Origin: Capsulimonadales bacterium
GTDB taxonomy: Bacteria > Armatimonadota > Armatimonadia > Armatimonadales > Armatimonadaceae
Assembly (NCBI GenBank): GCA_033762295.1
Contig: JANRLW010000018.1
Location: forward strand, 1 to 64,000
Reading direction: 5' to 3'
Length of the DNA stretch: 64,000 bases
In this document: piece by piece, positions 8,774-17,411 of the stretch
Layout of the letters: every line of letters starts with the position of its first letter
Position numbering within the stretch: the first letter of the stretch is position 1
Translations under genes and position numbers: made by a program
The notes under the pieces: model-generated
Told to the model about the DNA's origin: nothing
Database searches by the model: none
The model's input: only the letters and a program-made list of their open reading frames with translations

Positions 8774-9564
8774 GGGTTATTTTCCTTTGCGTATTGTTCT
8801 TCGGCCTGCTGGATGGTGGTAATAAAGTAGTTTTCCAGTGCGGACCCGATTCCCTGACGAAACCGGTCATCTACCGGACGTTCATCCTGCTTTCTTCCGC
8901 CGTGAATCAGGATGACCCGGTCGCAGAGTTGTGCAACCTCATCAAGTTCATGGGAGGAGAGAAAGATCGTGGTTCCTCCGGAGCGCACATCCGCCAGTAT
9001 CTCGCGCAGGTGGCGGCGACCGATCGGGTCAACGCCGGAGGTTACCTCATCCAGCACCAGAAGGTCGGGGTTGCCCAGAAGCGCCTGTGCGATTCCCAGG
9101 CGTTGCTGCATCCCTTTGGAAAAAGTACGGAGCGGCTGTTTTTCTTTCCCCCCCAATCCGACCAGATTGAGAAGGCGATAGGACTCGTCTCGGAGAGCCT
9201 TCCCCCCCAGGCGTTGCAGTTTCCCGTAAAGCCAGAGCGTCTCCATCGGCGTCAGGAAAGGGTAGTAGAGAGCGACTTCGGGAAGGTAGCCGATTTTGCT
9301 GTTGGCGGCAGGCGTCCCGGCAGGCTCGTCGAAGACCCGAATCGTTCCGGAATCCGGAGTAAGGAACCCCATAACGGCCTTGATGGTTGAGGATTTTCCT
9401 GCCCCGTTCGGCCCGAGAAACCCAACCACCTCGCCGGCTTGCACCTCCAGGGAGAGGTCCTCCACCACTCGTCGTTTCGGTTTCATCGGCCCCGTCGAAT
9501 AGGAAACGTTGAGGTTGTCGAGCGAAAGTGCCGTTGCCGTTTGCGATCGCATTCCGGTCGTCAT
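8770..9564 (-). CDS. ABC transporter ATP-binding protein
   Basis: GPNGAGKSS, FSKGMQQR, LVLDE, SSH; start uncertain (9564 or 9552). Confidence 0.93.
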   Translation of the reverse strand: MTTGMRSQTATALSLDNLNVSYSTGPMKPKRRVVEDLSLEVQAGEVVGFLGPNGAGKSSTIKAVMGFLTPDSGTIRVFDEPAGTPAANSKIGYLPEVALYYPFLTPMETLWLYGKLQRLGGKALRDESYRLLNLVGLGGKEKQPLRTFSKGMQQRLGIAQALLGNPDLLVLDEVTSGVDPIGRRHLREILADVRSGGTTIFLSSHELDEVAQLCDRVILIHGGRKQDERPVDDRFRQGIGSALENYFITTIQQAEEQYAKENNP

Positions 9565-9720
9565 AAAGAATTCCGACAACCGACCGGAATTCGCCGGTGA
9601 AACCGCATCGGTACCATCAGGTGCATAACAGCCGGACATTTCCGTTCCTTTTCGAGCGATACGAGAGAGTGGGTTCAAGTGAACCGATGGAGATACGTTG
9701 CCGTCGCAGGTCGCAGGGTA

Positions 9721-9749
9721 TCCCGTGGAGGCGGACAGCCTCCACGGGA
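9721..9749. other. Strong intergenic hairpin between the PEP-CTERM gene and the ABC module
   Basis: tcccgtggaggc-ggaca-gcctccacggga, 12-bp perfect stem, no U-tract. Confidence 0.55.
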
Positions 9750-9798
9750 CACCGGACAATCCGTGACATCGGTCGATGTCAGCGGACATCGGATGACA

Positions 9799-10656
9799 TT
9801 AACCGACTTGCTTTCGTCGTCGGGCGACTACCGCACCGACCAGTCCGAGGCCGAGCAAAGCGAACGTTCCGGGTTCCGGAGCCGCCGCCTGCAACAGGGT
9901 GGTCCCCACCCCGAACGTATAGGTCACCAGTCCGCTGGTGGACGGTCCGCCGTCCGTCGGCGTTCCGATCGCCTCGATCGTCACCTCATAAATCCCGGCC
10001 GACGAGAAGCCGAAATTGTAGTGGTCGTGCGCCCCGACCGAGACATTGATCAGGTCGGTGTTGTCGAAGCCGTTGTTGCTCTGCCAGAGAACGCTGATCC
10101 CGCCCAGAGACCCCGGCTGCCAGACGGCGAAATTTCCGATGGTCGATCCTCCGACAACCGGCGTAAATTCCAGATTACGCAGGAATAGTTGAATACCGCC
10201 CGAAAAGTCGCCCGGAGCATTCTCCTCCGCGCCAATCCCTACCCAGGAGATGTTGTCGTCTGCCGGGTTGGCGTTGCTCTGCGGATTCCCCTGCGGAATC
10301 AGAAAGATTTCGTCCCCGGAATTGACCCCCAGAAACGCCAGCGCCGCGGGAGTGGTAACCCGCGCGCCGTCTCCGACATAGATCAACGCGTCCTCCGGAG
10401 CGTATTCGTCGTCGAACCCGGCGGGCGCCGGATCGAGATGAATGTGCAGATCCCAGGAGCCGGGGCTGCCGACGGAGCCGGTCTCATAGGCAACGCCGAT
10501 ATCCAGGTGGGTGAAGATGTCGGCATTGCTGATCGGGTCCTTACCGAGGACGGTGTAGCCGGGGTTGAGCTGGGCCTGCGCGGCAGACGAGAGTAGAGCG
10601 AGCGTGGCAAGCGCCGTCAGTCGGATGGCGTGTTGCCGGGATAGTTGCGAGAACAT
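9799..10656 (-). CDS. PEP-CTERM surface protein with choice-of-anchor M (TIGR03769-like) domain
   Basis: Signal peptide AQA; 'HLDIG', 'LHIH', 'AFLG..SGDEIFLIPQ', 'WVGIGAE', 'GAHDHYNFGFSSAGIYEVT'; C-terminal APEPGTFALLGLGLVGAVVARRRK. Confidence 0.85.
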   Translation of the reverse strand: MFSQLSRQHAIRLTALATLALLSSAAQAQLNPGYTVLGKDPISNADIFTHLDIGVAYETGSVGSPGSWDLHIHLDPAPAGFDDEYAPEDALIYVGDGARVTTPAALAFLGVNSGDEIFLIPQGNPQSNANPADDNISWVGIGAEENAPGDFSGGIQLFLRNLEFTPVVGGSTIGNFAVWQPGSLGGISVLWQSNNGFDNTDLINVSVGAHDHYNFGFSSAGIYEVTIEAIGTPTDGGPSTSGLVTYTFGVGTTLLQAAAPEPGTFALLGLGLVGAVVARRRKQVG

Positions 10657-10783
10657 GGTCTTTCCTCCGTTTTCCAAAAGCATCCGTCAGGTCAAAAGAG
10701 ACGATCGCAATTTTGCGACTTTTGAGATGGTTACAAGTGCGACTCCGCCAATCGAGCCGATCTCTCGACGATCTCTCGACGAT

Positions 10784-11548
10784 CTACAGGGGCGGTTTGG
10801 CGAAGTTGAATCCGGAATCCGACCAGCCTTTGATTCGGGCGGCGGGAATCGCTTTGACGTGCGTATCGCAGTACAGATAGTTCGCAACACCGCCGCGTTC
10901 GGGAGCGTTCCCGGACTGACCGTGTCGATCCACTTCTATCTCCGATGTGATGAAACGCCATCGGGCCACCGGGTCCCGATAGCCGAACCAGGCCGCGCTG
11001 TGAACGTGGTCCCAGTAGGTATCGCGCGGTTTGGCATCGCTCAGTTCGAAGAGGAGAAATGTTTCCGAAGGCCGTGGCACCTGATCGAGGCTCGTGATGA
11101 TATCCGGAGAGGCGATAATCGCGCCCGTGAACGGGTCCCGTGACTTGATCGCGACATACTCGTTCATGACATAGCTGGTTCCGTTGAATCCGCGTACCTC
11201 CTGCCCGCGCAGATCGCTCGGACACAGGCGAATGGCATGCACGTTGGCGACATAAGGAGCCAGAGCCAGAACCCAGACCACCGGTTGCCCCCGGTAGTCA
11301 TGCGCGGTACGAGGTAATTCTCCATCGAAATCATCACTGTACATTCGAAGGGCGATACCGATCTGCCGCATGTTGCTCACACAGGAGGTCTGTCGCCCCT
11401 TCTCCCGTGCCGCCGCGAAGGTGGGTAACAGAATCGCGGCCAGTATCGCGATTATGGCGATGACGACGAGCAGTTCGATCAGCGTGAATCCGCCCGTTGT
11501 CGCCGGTCGGACCGTCCGGATCGATCCGACGGTTGCATATGGTCTCAT
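10784..11548 (-). CDS. Prepilin-type/DUF1559-like protein
   Basis: [25 protein letters not shown]; 'CVSNMRQIG'; '[10 protein letters not shown]'; '[11 protein letters not shown]'. Confidence 0.9.
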   Translation of the reverse strand: MRPYATVGSIRTVRPATTGGFTLIELLVVIAIIAILAAILLPTFAAAREKGRQTSCVSNMRQIGIALRMYSDDFDGELPRTAHDYRGQPVVWVLALAPYVANVHAIRLCPSDLRGQEVRGFNGTSYVMNEYVAIKSRDPFTGAIIASPDIITSLDQVPRPSETFLLFELSDAKPRDTYWDHVHSAAWFGYRDPVARWRFITSEIEVDRHGQSGNAPERGGVANYLYCDTHVKAIPAARIKGWSDSGFNFAKPPL

Positions 11549-11584
11549 GACCGACCTCTTTCGTTCCTTTCGTTGAAGACGCAT

Positions 11585-12109
11585 TTATCGCCCGCCCTTC
11601 TTTTCCGTCTGATGGGCGACTTTGTCGAACGCATGGATCGCTTTGTCGAGGGATTCCATCTCCGTGTCCAGGGCGTGCATCCGCTTATCGAGCGTCGCCG
11701 CCTGCGCCTGACGCTGCTTCGCATTCATCCGGTGATACGCCTTGTCGAACGCATGAAACTCGCGATCGATCCGGTGAAACCGGGCGTCGAGCGAATGAAA
11801 GGCTTTGTCCTGCCCGGAGGATTTCGGGTTCTTCCGGTCGTAGACTTTGTCCATCGCATGGAACGACTTTTCCGTTCGATGGAACCGCTGTTCGAGTCGG
11901 TGGAACGATTTATCGAGCGCGGCGGCAGAAAGGCGGGACGGTTGCCGGTGGTACGCCTGATCGGCCTTATGGAAGTCGGCATCTTCCTTATGCAGGGTTT
12001 TATCTCCCTGATGGAAGGTCTTGTCACCGGGCGTCTGCGCCACGACGGACATCGGCGACCCGATAAGGGTCGTCGCCAAAAGCATCAGCCAGGCCGACTT
12101 GATGGTCAT
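11585..12109 (-). CDS. Secreted His/Asp heptad-repeat helical protein, unknown family
   Basis: SD AAGGAG; signal peptide ending VVA|Q; 16 heptads approximating D/E-x-x-F-H-x-x, 14 His. Confidence 0.8.
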   Translation of the reverse strand: MTIKSAWLMLLATTLIGSPMSVVAQTPGDKTFHQGDKTLHKEDADFHKADQAYHRQPSRLSAAALDKSFHRLEQRFHRTEKSFHAMDKVYDRKNPKSSGQDKAFHSLDARFHRIDREFHAFDKAYHRMNAKQRQAQAATLDKRMHALDTEMESLDKAIHAFDKVAHQTEKKGGR

Positions 12110-12358
12110 CGGTTACTCCTTATGCAAAATGATTGAAAAATAGTGCGGTTGACGGAGACAGGTACTGTGCGACCCACTTCCGGCGGGTTCCGGTCCGCCG
12201 CCCTTCCGATCGCCCCCGTCCGGGCCGTCGCCCGATGCCGTCGCCGGCAGAAGCGGGATCGAACGCCGTTAAGGAAGGTCGTATGTGTCGGAAAGACGGA
12301 CTGCGTCAGGAACGCTCAATAAGGAAGGTTGGCAGGACAGGGGAACGCAGGAAGGCGT

Positions 12359-12802
12359 TCAGGCGAGGGCGGGAGGGCCACGAGAGGCGGAGTGACGGAC
12401 GAGCGTCCGCAGACAGGGGAGGAAGGCGGCGAACGGAGCGGAGTCCGTCAGGAACGCGGTCACCGCAGCCGTCAGGGTAACGACGGCGACAACCGCCAGC
12501 AACGCTTCGAGTTCGCAGACCCAGCAGGCATGCGGAGCGGACAACACTTCCGTTATCGGGGAGAGAGCGGAGGCGGGAGAAACCACCCCTGCCGTTCCGT
12601 CGGATGCCGCAACCGGGCTTTCGTGAACCGACCGGTCTTGCCGGTCCGTTCGGGAATGCGTCGGTGCGGTCCGTCCCGGAAGTTCATGCGTCAGACCGTG
12701 GAAGATCGCGCCGGTGACATGCATCCCGAGGAGCAACAGTCCCATAAGAAGAGACAGTCGCCCCCGAAATTGAGATCGCAAATTGGTCCGGCCTGTGGTC
12801 AC
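12359..12802 (-). CDS. DUF2946/CruR-like leader protein (TM-His, CxxC, C-terminal RGPP)
   Basis: 'LSLLMGLLLLGMHVTGAIFHGLTHE', 'HACWVC', ends 'SASRGPPALA*'; GTG lies 6 nt after TATAAT. Confidence 0.75.
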   Translation of the reverse strand: MTTGRTNLRSQFRGRLSLLMGLLLLGMHVTGAIFHGLTHELPGRTAPTHSRTDRQDRSVHESPVAASDGTAGVVSPASALSPITEVLSAPHACWVCELEALLAVVAVVTLTAAVTAFLTDSAPFAAFLPCLRTLVRHSASRGPPALA

Positions 12803-12808
12803 ATTTGT

Positions 12809-12849
12809 ATTATAGCCATGGGGCGTCAAAATCTGCAACTGATTTTCCA
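12809..12849 (-). promoter_or_regulatory. Sigma70-like promoter (TTGCAG-N18-TATAAT) overlapped by a possible Fur/Zur-like box
   Basis: Minus strand: TGGAAAATCAGTTGCAG...TATAAT-acaaat-GTG. Confidence 0.55.
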
Positions 12850-12901
12850 TAAGCGGGAGAAGGGGCCGAGGGGGAAGGGACGGCGGAAAAAGAGGGGGAA
12901 A

Positions 12902-12973
12902 AGCGGGAGACGGGACTCGAACCCGCGACATTCTGCTTGGGAAGCAGACGCTCTACCACTGAACTACTCCCGC
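12902..12973 (-). tRNA. tRNA-Gly (CCC), 3' CCA not encoded
   Basis: GCGGGAGTAGTTCAGTGGTAGAGCGTCTGCTTCCCAAGCAGAATGTCGCGGGTTCGAGTCCCGTCTCCCGCT; cloverleaf with anticodon loop TTCCCAA. Confidence 0.96.
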
Positions 12974-13040
12974 GATAGGCGTATTGTATCGCCGGTTCGT
13001 CCGGGCCGCAAATCCGGGGGGCTTACCGGCTTACCCGGAC

Positions 13041-13820
13041 TTACCCGCGCAGCAACGGGGTCAGGTCGAATTCGTAGACCGTGCGCTCCCGACGCTGAAT
13101 CTGGAACAGGCGGCGCGTCCGGGCATCGATCGCCAGGCCCTGCCCCTCCGCCGGCGATTTGACGATCTTCAGCAGTTCGAGCACCGTGCCCGCACGCGGC
13201 AGACGGAAGATATAGAACTCCGGCGCATGGTGGGTCGTGACATACAGCACCGGGCGCGGATACCAGGAACCGCCCGGCCCCCAGACGCCGCCCGACGCCG
13301 TCATGCCGTCCCAGCGCGCCGTGACCAGATCGGGCGGGAAAGAGTACGCGCCCTGCTTGCGCCACTCCCGGTCGTAACGCACCAGTGTCGTCAACGTGTT
13401 CGGTTTGCCCGGTTCGCCCCCGCGACCGTTGTAGTGACCGAAACAGATCCACCAGCTGTTGTCGTGCCAGTCCACCCAGACCATCGAACCGGCATCGTGA
13501 CCGAAACTGTGGCTCCGGATGTGCCGGAGCGACCCGCAGTCGTAGATCTCCACCGAACTGAGCATCGGAACGTCGGGGAAGTTGGAGTGGGAACAGTACA
13601 GTTTCCCACCCAGCGTCATCCCGCCATCCATATGAATCAGGGGAATCTCCGGCGTGCTCTTGAACGCGCCGACCTTACGTCCGGTGTTCCGCTCGTACTT
13701 GCCGATGGCGGTATTGTTGATCGCGTAGAAGTAACGGTCGTCGACCGCCACCCCCTGGATCGCCTCCTCCGCGCGAAATTTCGCGACCAACGGCAGTTCC
13801 GGCGTCAGTTCCTGTCTCAC
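13041..13820 (-). CDS. Conserved hypothetical protein, probable beta-propeller
   Basis: 'QGVAVD', 'LYCSHSNFP', 'SGGVWGP', 'GQGLAID'; coding-like bias. Confidence 0.7.
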   Translation of the reverse strand: MRQELTPELPLVAKFRAEEAIQGVAVDDRYFYAINNTAIGKYERNTGRKVGAFKSTPEIPLIHMDGGMTLGGKLYCSHSNFPDVPMLSSVEIYDCGSLRHIRSHSFGHDAGSMVWVDWHDNSWWICFGHYNGRGGEPGKPNTLTTLVRYDREWRKQGAYSFPPDLVTARWDGMTASGGVWGPGGSWYPRPVLYVTTHHAPEFYIFRLPRAGTVLELLKIVKSPAEGQGLAIDARTRRLFQIQRRERTVYEFDLTPLLRG

Positions 13821-13849
13821 CGCGATTCCCCCGATCCTTTCCTCACCGA

Positions 13850-14785
13850 TTACGGATAGACGACGCCGCCGATCTGCGGATTCCAGAGATCCTTCTGACC
13901 GGAGCTGCAGTTGAAGTTCTCGAAGTTCGGCACGCAGACGTTTTCCCAGACCTGCGGATTGACAACCGCGAACTCGTCATCGATATCGCGCGTCCAGGTG
14001 GAACCCGGCCGCATCGCCTTCACATGACCGTCGCAGAAGAGGAACGTGGAAACCGTGCGCCCGGAGTGCAGACCGACCGGGAATCCGATCGTGAACGGCG
14101 GGCGGCTGGAGGTTCCGGCGGTACGGCGGTGAAGCGGCGCGCCGTTCCGGTTGGTCGCGCCGGCGTTCGCCGCGTCGGTGCGCTGCGATCCTTCGTACAG
14201 CAGGATCAGGCTGGCCGGTTCCGGCGTCAGGTCGGTATTGATTCCGGATGCGAAGCTGTCCGGCTGGACCGGCGTCGGGTTGACCACGTTGGTGACGTAG
14301 GTGCCCGGATGGGTCGCCCGGAGGTAGTCGTTCATGATGAACGAGCGCTGGCGGTCGACGCCCGGCACGGCCACGCCGAGGTTGGTACCGGTGAACGGAA
14401 GCGCCGACGGACAGGAGTACATATTGGCCGCCGAACTGACCCGGTCGCTCGAACGGACATACGGGAAGATACCGCCCGCCGCAACCGTCGCGGAGCCGCC
14501 CTGGATCCAGCCGGTCTGCGGGTTGCCACCGCTCTGGATATTGGTGCCGCCGCCGGGGCAGGGGAAGACGCCGTCATAGTCGGTCGCATACATCAGGAAC
14601 GCCAGGCCCAGCTGCTTCTGGTTGGACGTACAGGTCGCCTGCCGCGCCTTCTCACGAGCCTGGGCGAATACCGGGAAAAGAATGGCCGCCAGAATGGCGA
14701 TGATCGCGATTACCACGAGCAACTCGATCAACGTAAAGCCGGAGCTTACCCGCAGGGTAAATCCGCGAACGGAGGAACGAATCAT
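13850..14785 (-). CDS. Prepilin-type/DUF1559-like protein
   Basis: [34 protein letters not shown]; 'FLFCDGHVK'. Confidence 0.92.
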   Translation of the reverse strand: MIRSSVRGFTLRVSSGFTLIELLVVIAIIAILAAILFPVFAQAREKARQATCTSNQKQLGLAFLMYATDYDGVFPCPGGGTNIQSGGNPQTGWIQGGSATVAAGGIFPYVRSSDRVSSAANMYSCPSALPFTGTNLGVAVPGVDRQRSFIMNDYLRATHPGTYVTNVVNPTPVQPDSFASGINTDLTPEPASLILLYEGSQRTDAANAGATNRNGAPLHRRTAGTSSRPPFTIGFPVGLHSGRTVSTFLFCDGHVKAMRPGSTWTRDIDDEFAVVNPQVWENVCVPNFENFNCSSGQKDLWNPQIGGVVYP

Positions 14786-15103
14786 TGCTTACTTGCTTCC
14801 TTCCGATATATTAATAACCACAACATCATACCCCCGAAACCGCTTGTGAATGTTAAGACAAAATTAAATCTTTTCTTCACCCTTTTCTCCGATGGGAAAA
14901 CGGTCGAAATTCGTCTTCCGGAAGGAAAAACAAAAGTTTGATACAATCTACCGAAGATCGGTCATGACCAGCCTTTATGACGCCCGCCGCCACCCCCGCC
15001 TCCGTCCGTTCCGCCGTCCCCCTGCAAAAACCGACGGGCGGCACTCCCCGACGTGCGTGTCGCACCATCGGACAGGTATAATCTGCCGGGAACTTTCCTG
15101 CTA

Positions 15104-16819
15104 ATGTTAACCGAGCTTTCCGTCGAAAACTTCGCCCTGGTAGAAAAACTCCGCCTCTCCTTCGGACCCGGGCTGAACCTGCTGACCGGCGAGACCGGAG
15201 CGGGCAAATCCATCCTGCTCGACGCCCTGGGCATGGCGCTGGGAGAACGAACCGGCGGGGATTCGGTCCGGCACGGCGCGGACCGCGCCCGGGTCGAAGC
15301 CGTCTTCGCCGTGGACGAGCAGGATACCCGGTTGCTCGACGCCCTTCGCCAGGCGGGGATCGAACCGGAGGACGGTCTGCTCCTGCTCTCCCGTGAACTG
15401 ACCGCCGCCGGCAAGAGTTCGGTCCGGATCAACGGACGACCCGCGACCGTCAGCATGCTCAAATCCCTGGGCGATGTCCTGGTCGATATCCACGGACAGC
15501 ACGAACACCAATCGCTGCTCGCCGTCGAACGACACGGCGATATTCTCGACGCCTGGTGCGGCCCGGAAGCCGCCGCCCTGAAAGCCAGTGTCGCCGCCGC
15601 TCACGCCGACGCACAGGCCGCCGCAAGAGAGCTGGCCGCCCTCCGTCAGGATGCGCGGGAGCGGGCGCGGACGCTCGATCTTCTCGCCTTCCAGCGGGAT
15701 GAGATCGATAACGCCGACCCGAAGCCCGAGGAGGAGGAGACGCTGGCCGGCGAACGATCGCGGCTCGCCAATGCCGAGCGGCTGCATTCGGCGGCGTCCG
15801 GGGCGTATGCCGCCCTCTATGGCGGCGCGGCCGGCAACGCTCGTGGAGGACGCGGCGGTAAGATGACCCTCGCCGCCGAAGGCGGCGGAGCGCTCGATGC
15901 CCTGTCCACCGCCGTTTCCGAGATCGAACACGCCGTCCGACTCGACGAACGCCTGGCAACGCTCCTCGAATCACTGCAAAACGCCCTGTATGCCGCCGAG
16001 GATGCCGCCCGCGAGGTTCGAGACTACCGCGACGGCATCGAGTTCAATCCGCAACGCCTGGAAGAGATCGAGAACCGGCTCGATCTCCTGAAGACGCTCA
16101 AACGCAAATACGGTGACACCGTCGCCGACGTCCTCCGTTACCGGCAGGAGATCGGCGAACGACTGGAAACCCTCGAAAACGCCGAGGAACGGATCGCCGT
16201 TCTGGAGGAGACCGTCGCCCGCACGACCGAGGCGCTCCGCGAACGGGCCGCCCGCCTGACCGAGGCGCGGAAGGCCGCGGCGGAACCGTTCGCCGCGGCC
16301 ATCATGAAGGAACTCGCCGATCTCGCCATGACCGCCACCCGGTTCGCCGTCGCCGTCGAGCCGCGAGAACCCCAGGCGAACGGCGCGGATCGTGTCGAAT
16401 TCCTGATCTCCCCCAACCCCGGCGTTCCGCTGAAACCTCTGGCGAAGATCGCGTCCGGCGGCGAACTTTCCCGTGTCATGCTGGCGATGAAATCGGTACT
16501 CTCCCGGATTGACGCCGTCCCGACGCTCATCTTCGACGAGATCGATACCGGCATCGGCGGACGGACCGGGACCGTTCTGGGCGAGAAACTTGCGGCCCTG
16601 TCGCGGAACGCCCAGATTCTTTGCATCACCCACCTTGCCCAGATCGCCGCCCAGGGCGACCGGCACTTCTTTATCGAAAAACGAACCGAGGAAAGCCGGA
16701 CGCGGGTCCGTGTCAGCCTGCTGGACGCCGAGGAGCGCGTTCGCGAGATCGCCCGTATGCTTGGCGACGCGGACACCGAGTCCGCCGTCGAATACGCCCG
16801 TCGTATGCTCACCAAATAG
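15104..16819 (+). CDS. recN: DNA repair protein RecN
   Basis: MLTELSVENFALV, TGETGAGKS, IHGQHEHQ, ASGGELSR, LIFDEIDTGIGG, ITHLAQIAA. Confidence 0.97.
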   Translation: MLTELSVENFALVEKLRLSFGPGLNLLTGETGAGKSILLDALGMALGERTGGDSVRHGADRARVEAVFAVDEQDTRLLDALRQAGIEPEDGLLLLSRELTAAGKSSVRINGRPATVSMLKSLGDVLVDIHGQHEHQSLLAVERHGDILDAWCGPEAAALKASVAAAHADAQAAARELAALRQDARERARTLDLLAFQRDEIDNADPKPEEEETLAGERSRLANAERLHSAASGAYAALYGGAAGNARGGRGGKMTLAAEGGGALDALSTAVSEIEHAVRLDERLATLLESLQNALYAAEDAAREVRDYRDGIEFNPQRLEEIENRLDLLKTLKRKYGDTVADVLRYRQEIGERLETLENAEERIAVLEETVARTTEALRERAARLTEARKAAAEPFAAAIMKELADLAMTATRFAVAVEPREPQANGADRVEFLISPNPGVPLKPLAKIASGGELSRVMLAMKSVLSRIDAVPTLIFDEIDTGIGGRTGTVLGEKLAALSRNAQILCITHLAQIAAQGDRHFFIEKRTEESRTRVRVSLLDAEERVREIARMLGDADTESAVEYARRMLTK

Positions 16820-16925
16820 ACGTCAAACAGACTTCGAACAGACTTCAAATAGTCCTGAACCTGCCCTCTCCCCGCCCGTCGGAATTTCCCGGCATTTTGT
16901 CGACGGTGCGATAGAATGGGTCGTC

Positions 16926-17411
16926 ATGGCGAAGGCAAACTCCTCCCGGCGGGCCGCGCGCGAAATCGCTCTCCGGGTTCTCTACACCGTGGATATCGGC
17001 AAGCAGCCGGTCGAGGACGTGTTGTCGGAGACGATCGAGGCGAACGAAGAGCGTCTGGACGAGCGTACCGCCGAGTTTGCGCGGTCGCTCGTTCATGGCA
17101 CGCTTCGCGCGCGGCGCGAGATCGACAACGAACTGGATCGGGTGGCCGTCGGCTTCCCGACCGTCCGCCAGACCGCCGTCGACCGTAACATCCTCCGGTT
17201 GGCCGCTGCCGAGATCCTCTTCGGCGTCTCCGACGCGCCGTCCGGCGCGGTCGTCAATGAGGCGGTCGAACTGGCCAAAAAGTATTCCACCAACGAATCC
17301 GGTCGGTTCGTGAACGGCGTTCTGGGCGCTCTGGTCCGCGATGGCGAATCCCGCGCCGCTACCGCCTCGATGCCCGCGGATTCGCCCTCGGGAGGCACCG
17401 CCGATGAGTAA
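16926..17411 (+). CDS. nusB: Transcription antitermination factor NusB
   Basis: 'RRAAREIALRVLY', 'VDRNILRLA', 'NEAVELAKKYS...FVNGVL'. Confidence 0.96.
   Translation: MAKANSSRRAAREIALRVLYTVDIGKQPVEDVLSETIEANEERLDERTAEFARSLVHGTLRARREIDNELDRVAVGFPTVRQTAVDRNILRLAAAEILFGVSDAPSGAVVNEAVELAKKYSTNESGRFVNGVLGALVRDGESRAATASMPADSPSGGTADE

Noticed and set aside
1..12900. Active mobile element or prophage at tRNA-Gly
   Set aside because: No integrase, transposase or phage gene in the window; only a 10-bp repeat.
12803..12931. N-terminal extension of ORF 12359..12931
   Set aside because: Overlaps tRNA-Gly and the promoter; GTG at 12802 fits better.
14786..14960. AT-rich region with TGTGAATGTTAAGACA as a possible operator
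   Set aside because: Palindrome too imperfect and seen only once; no regulator nearby.
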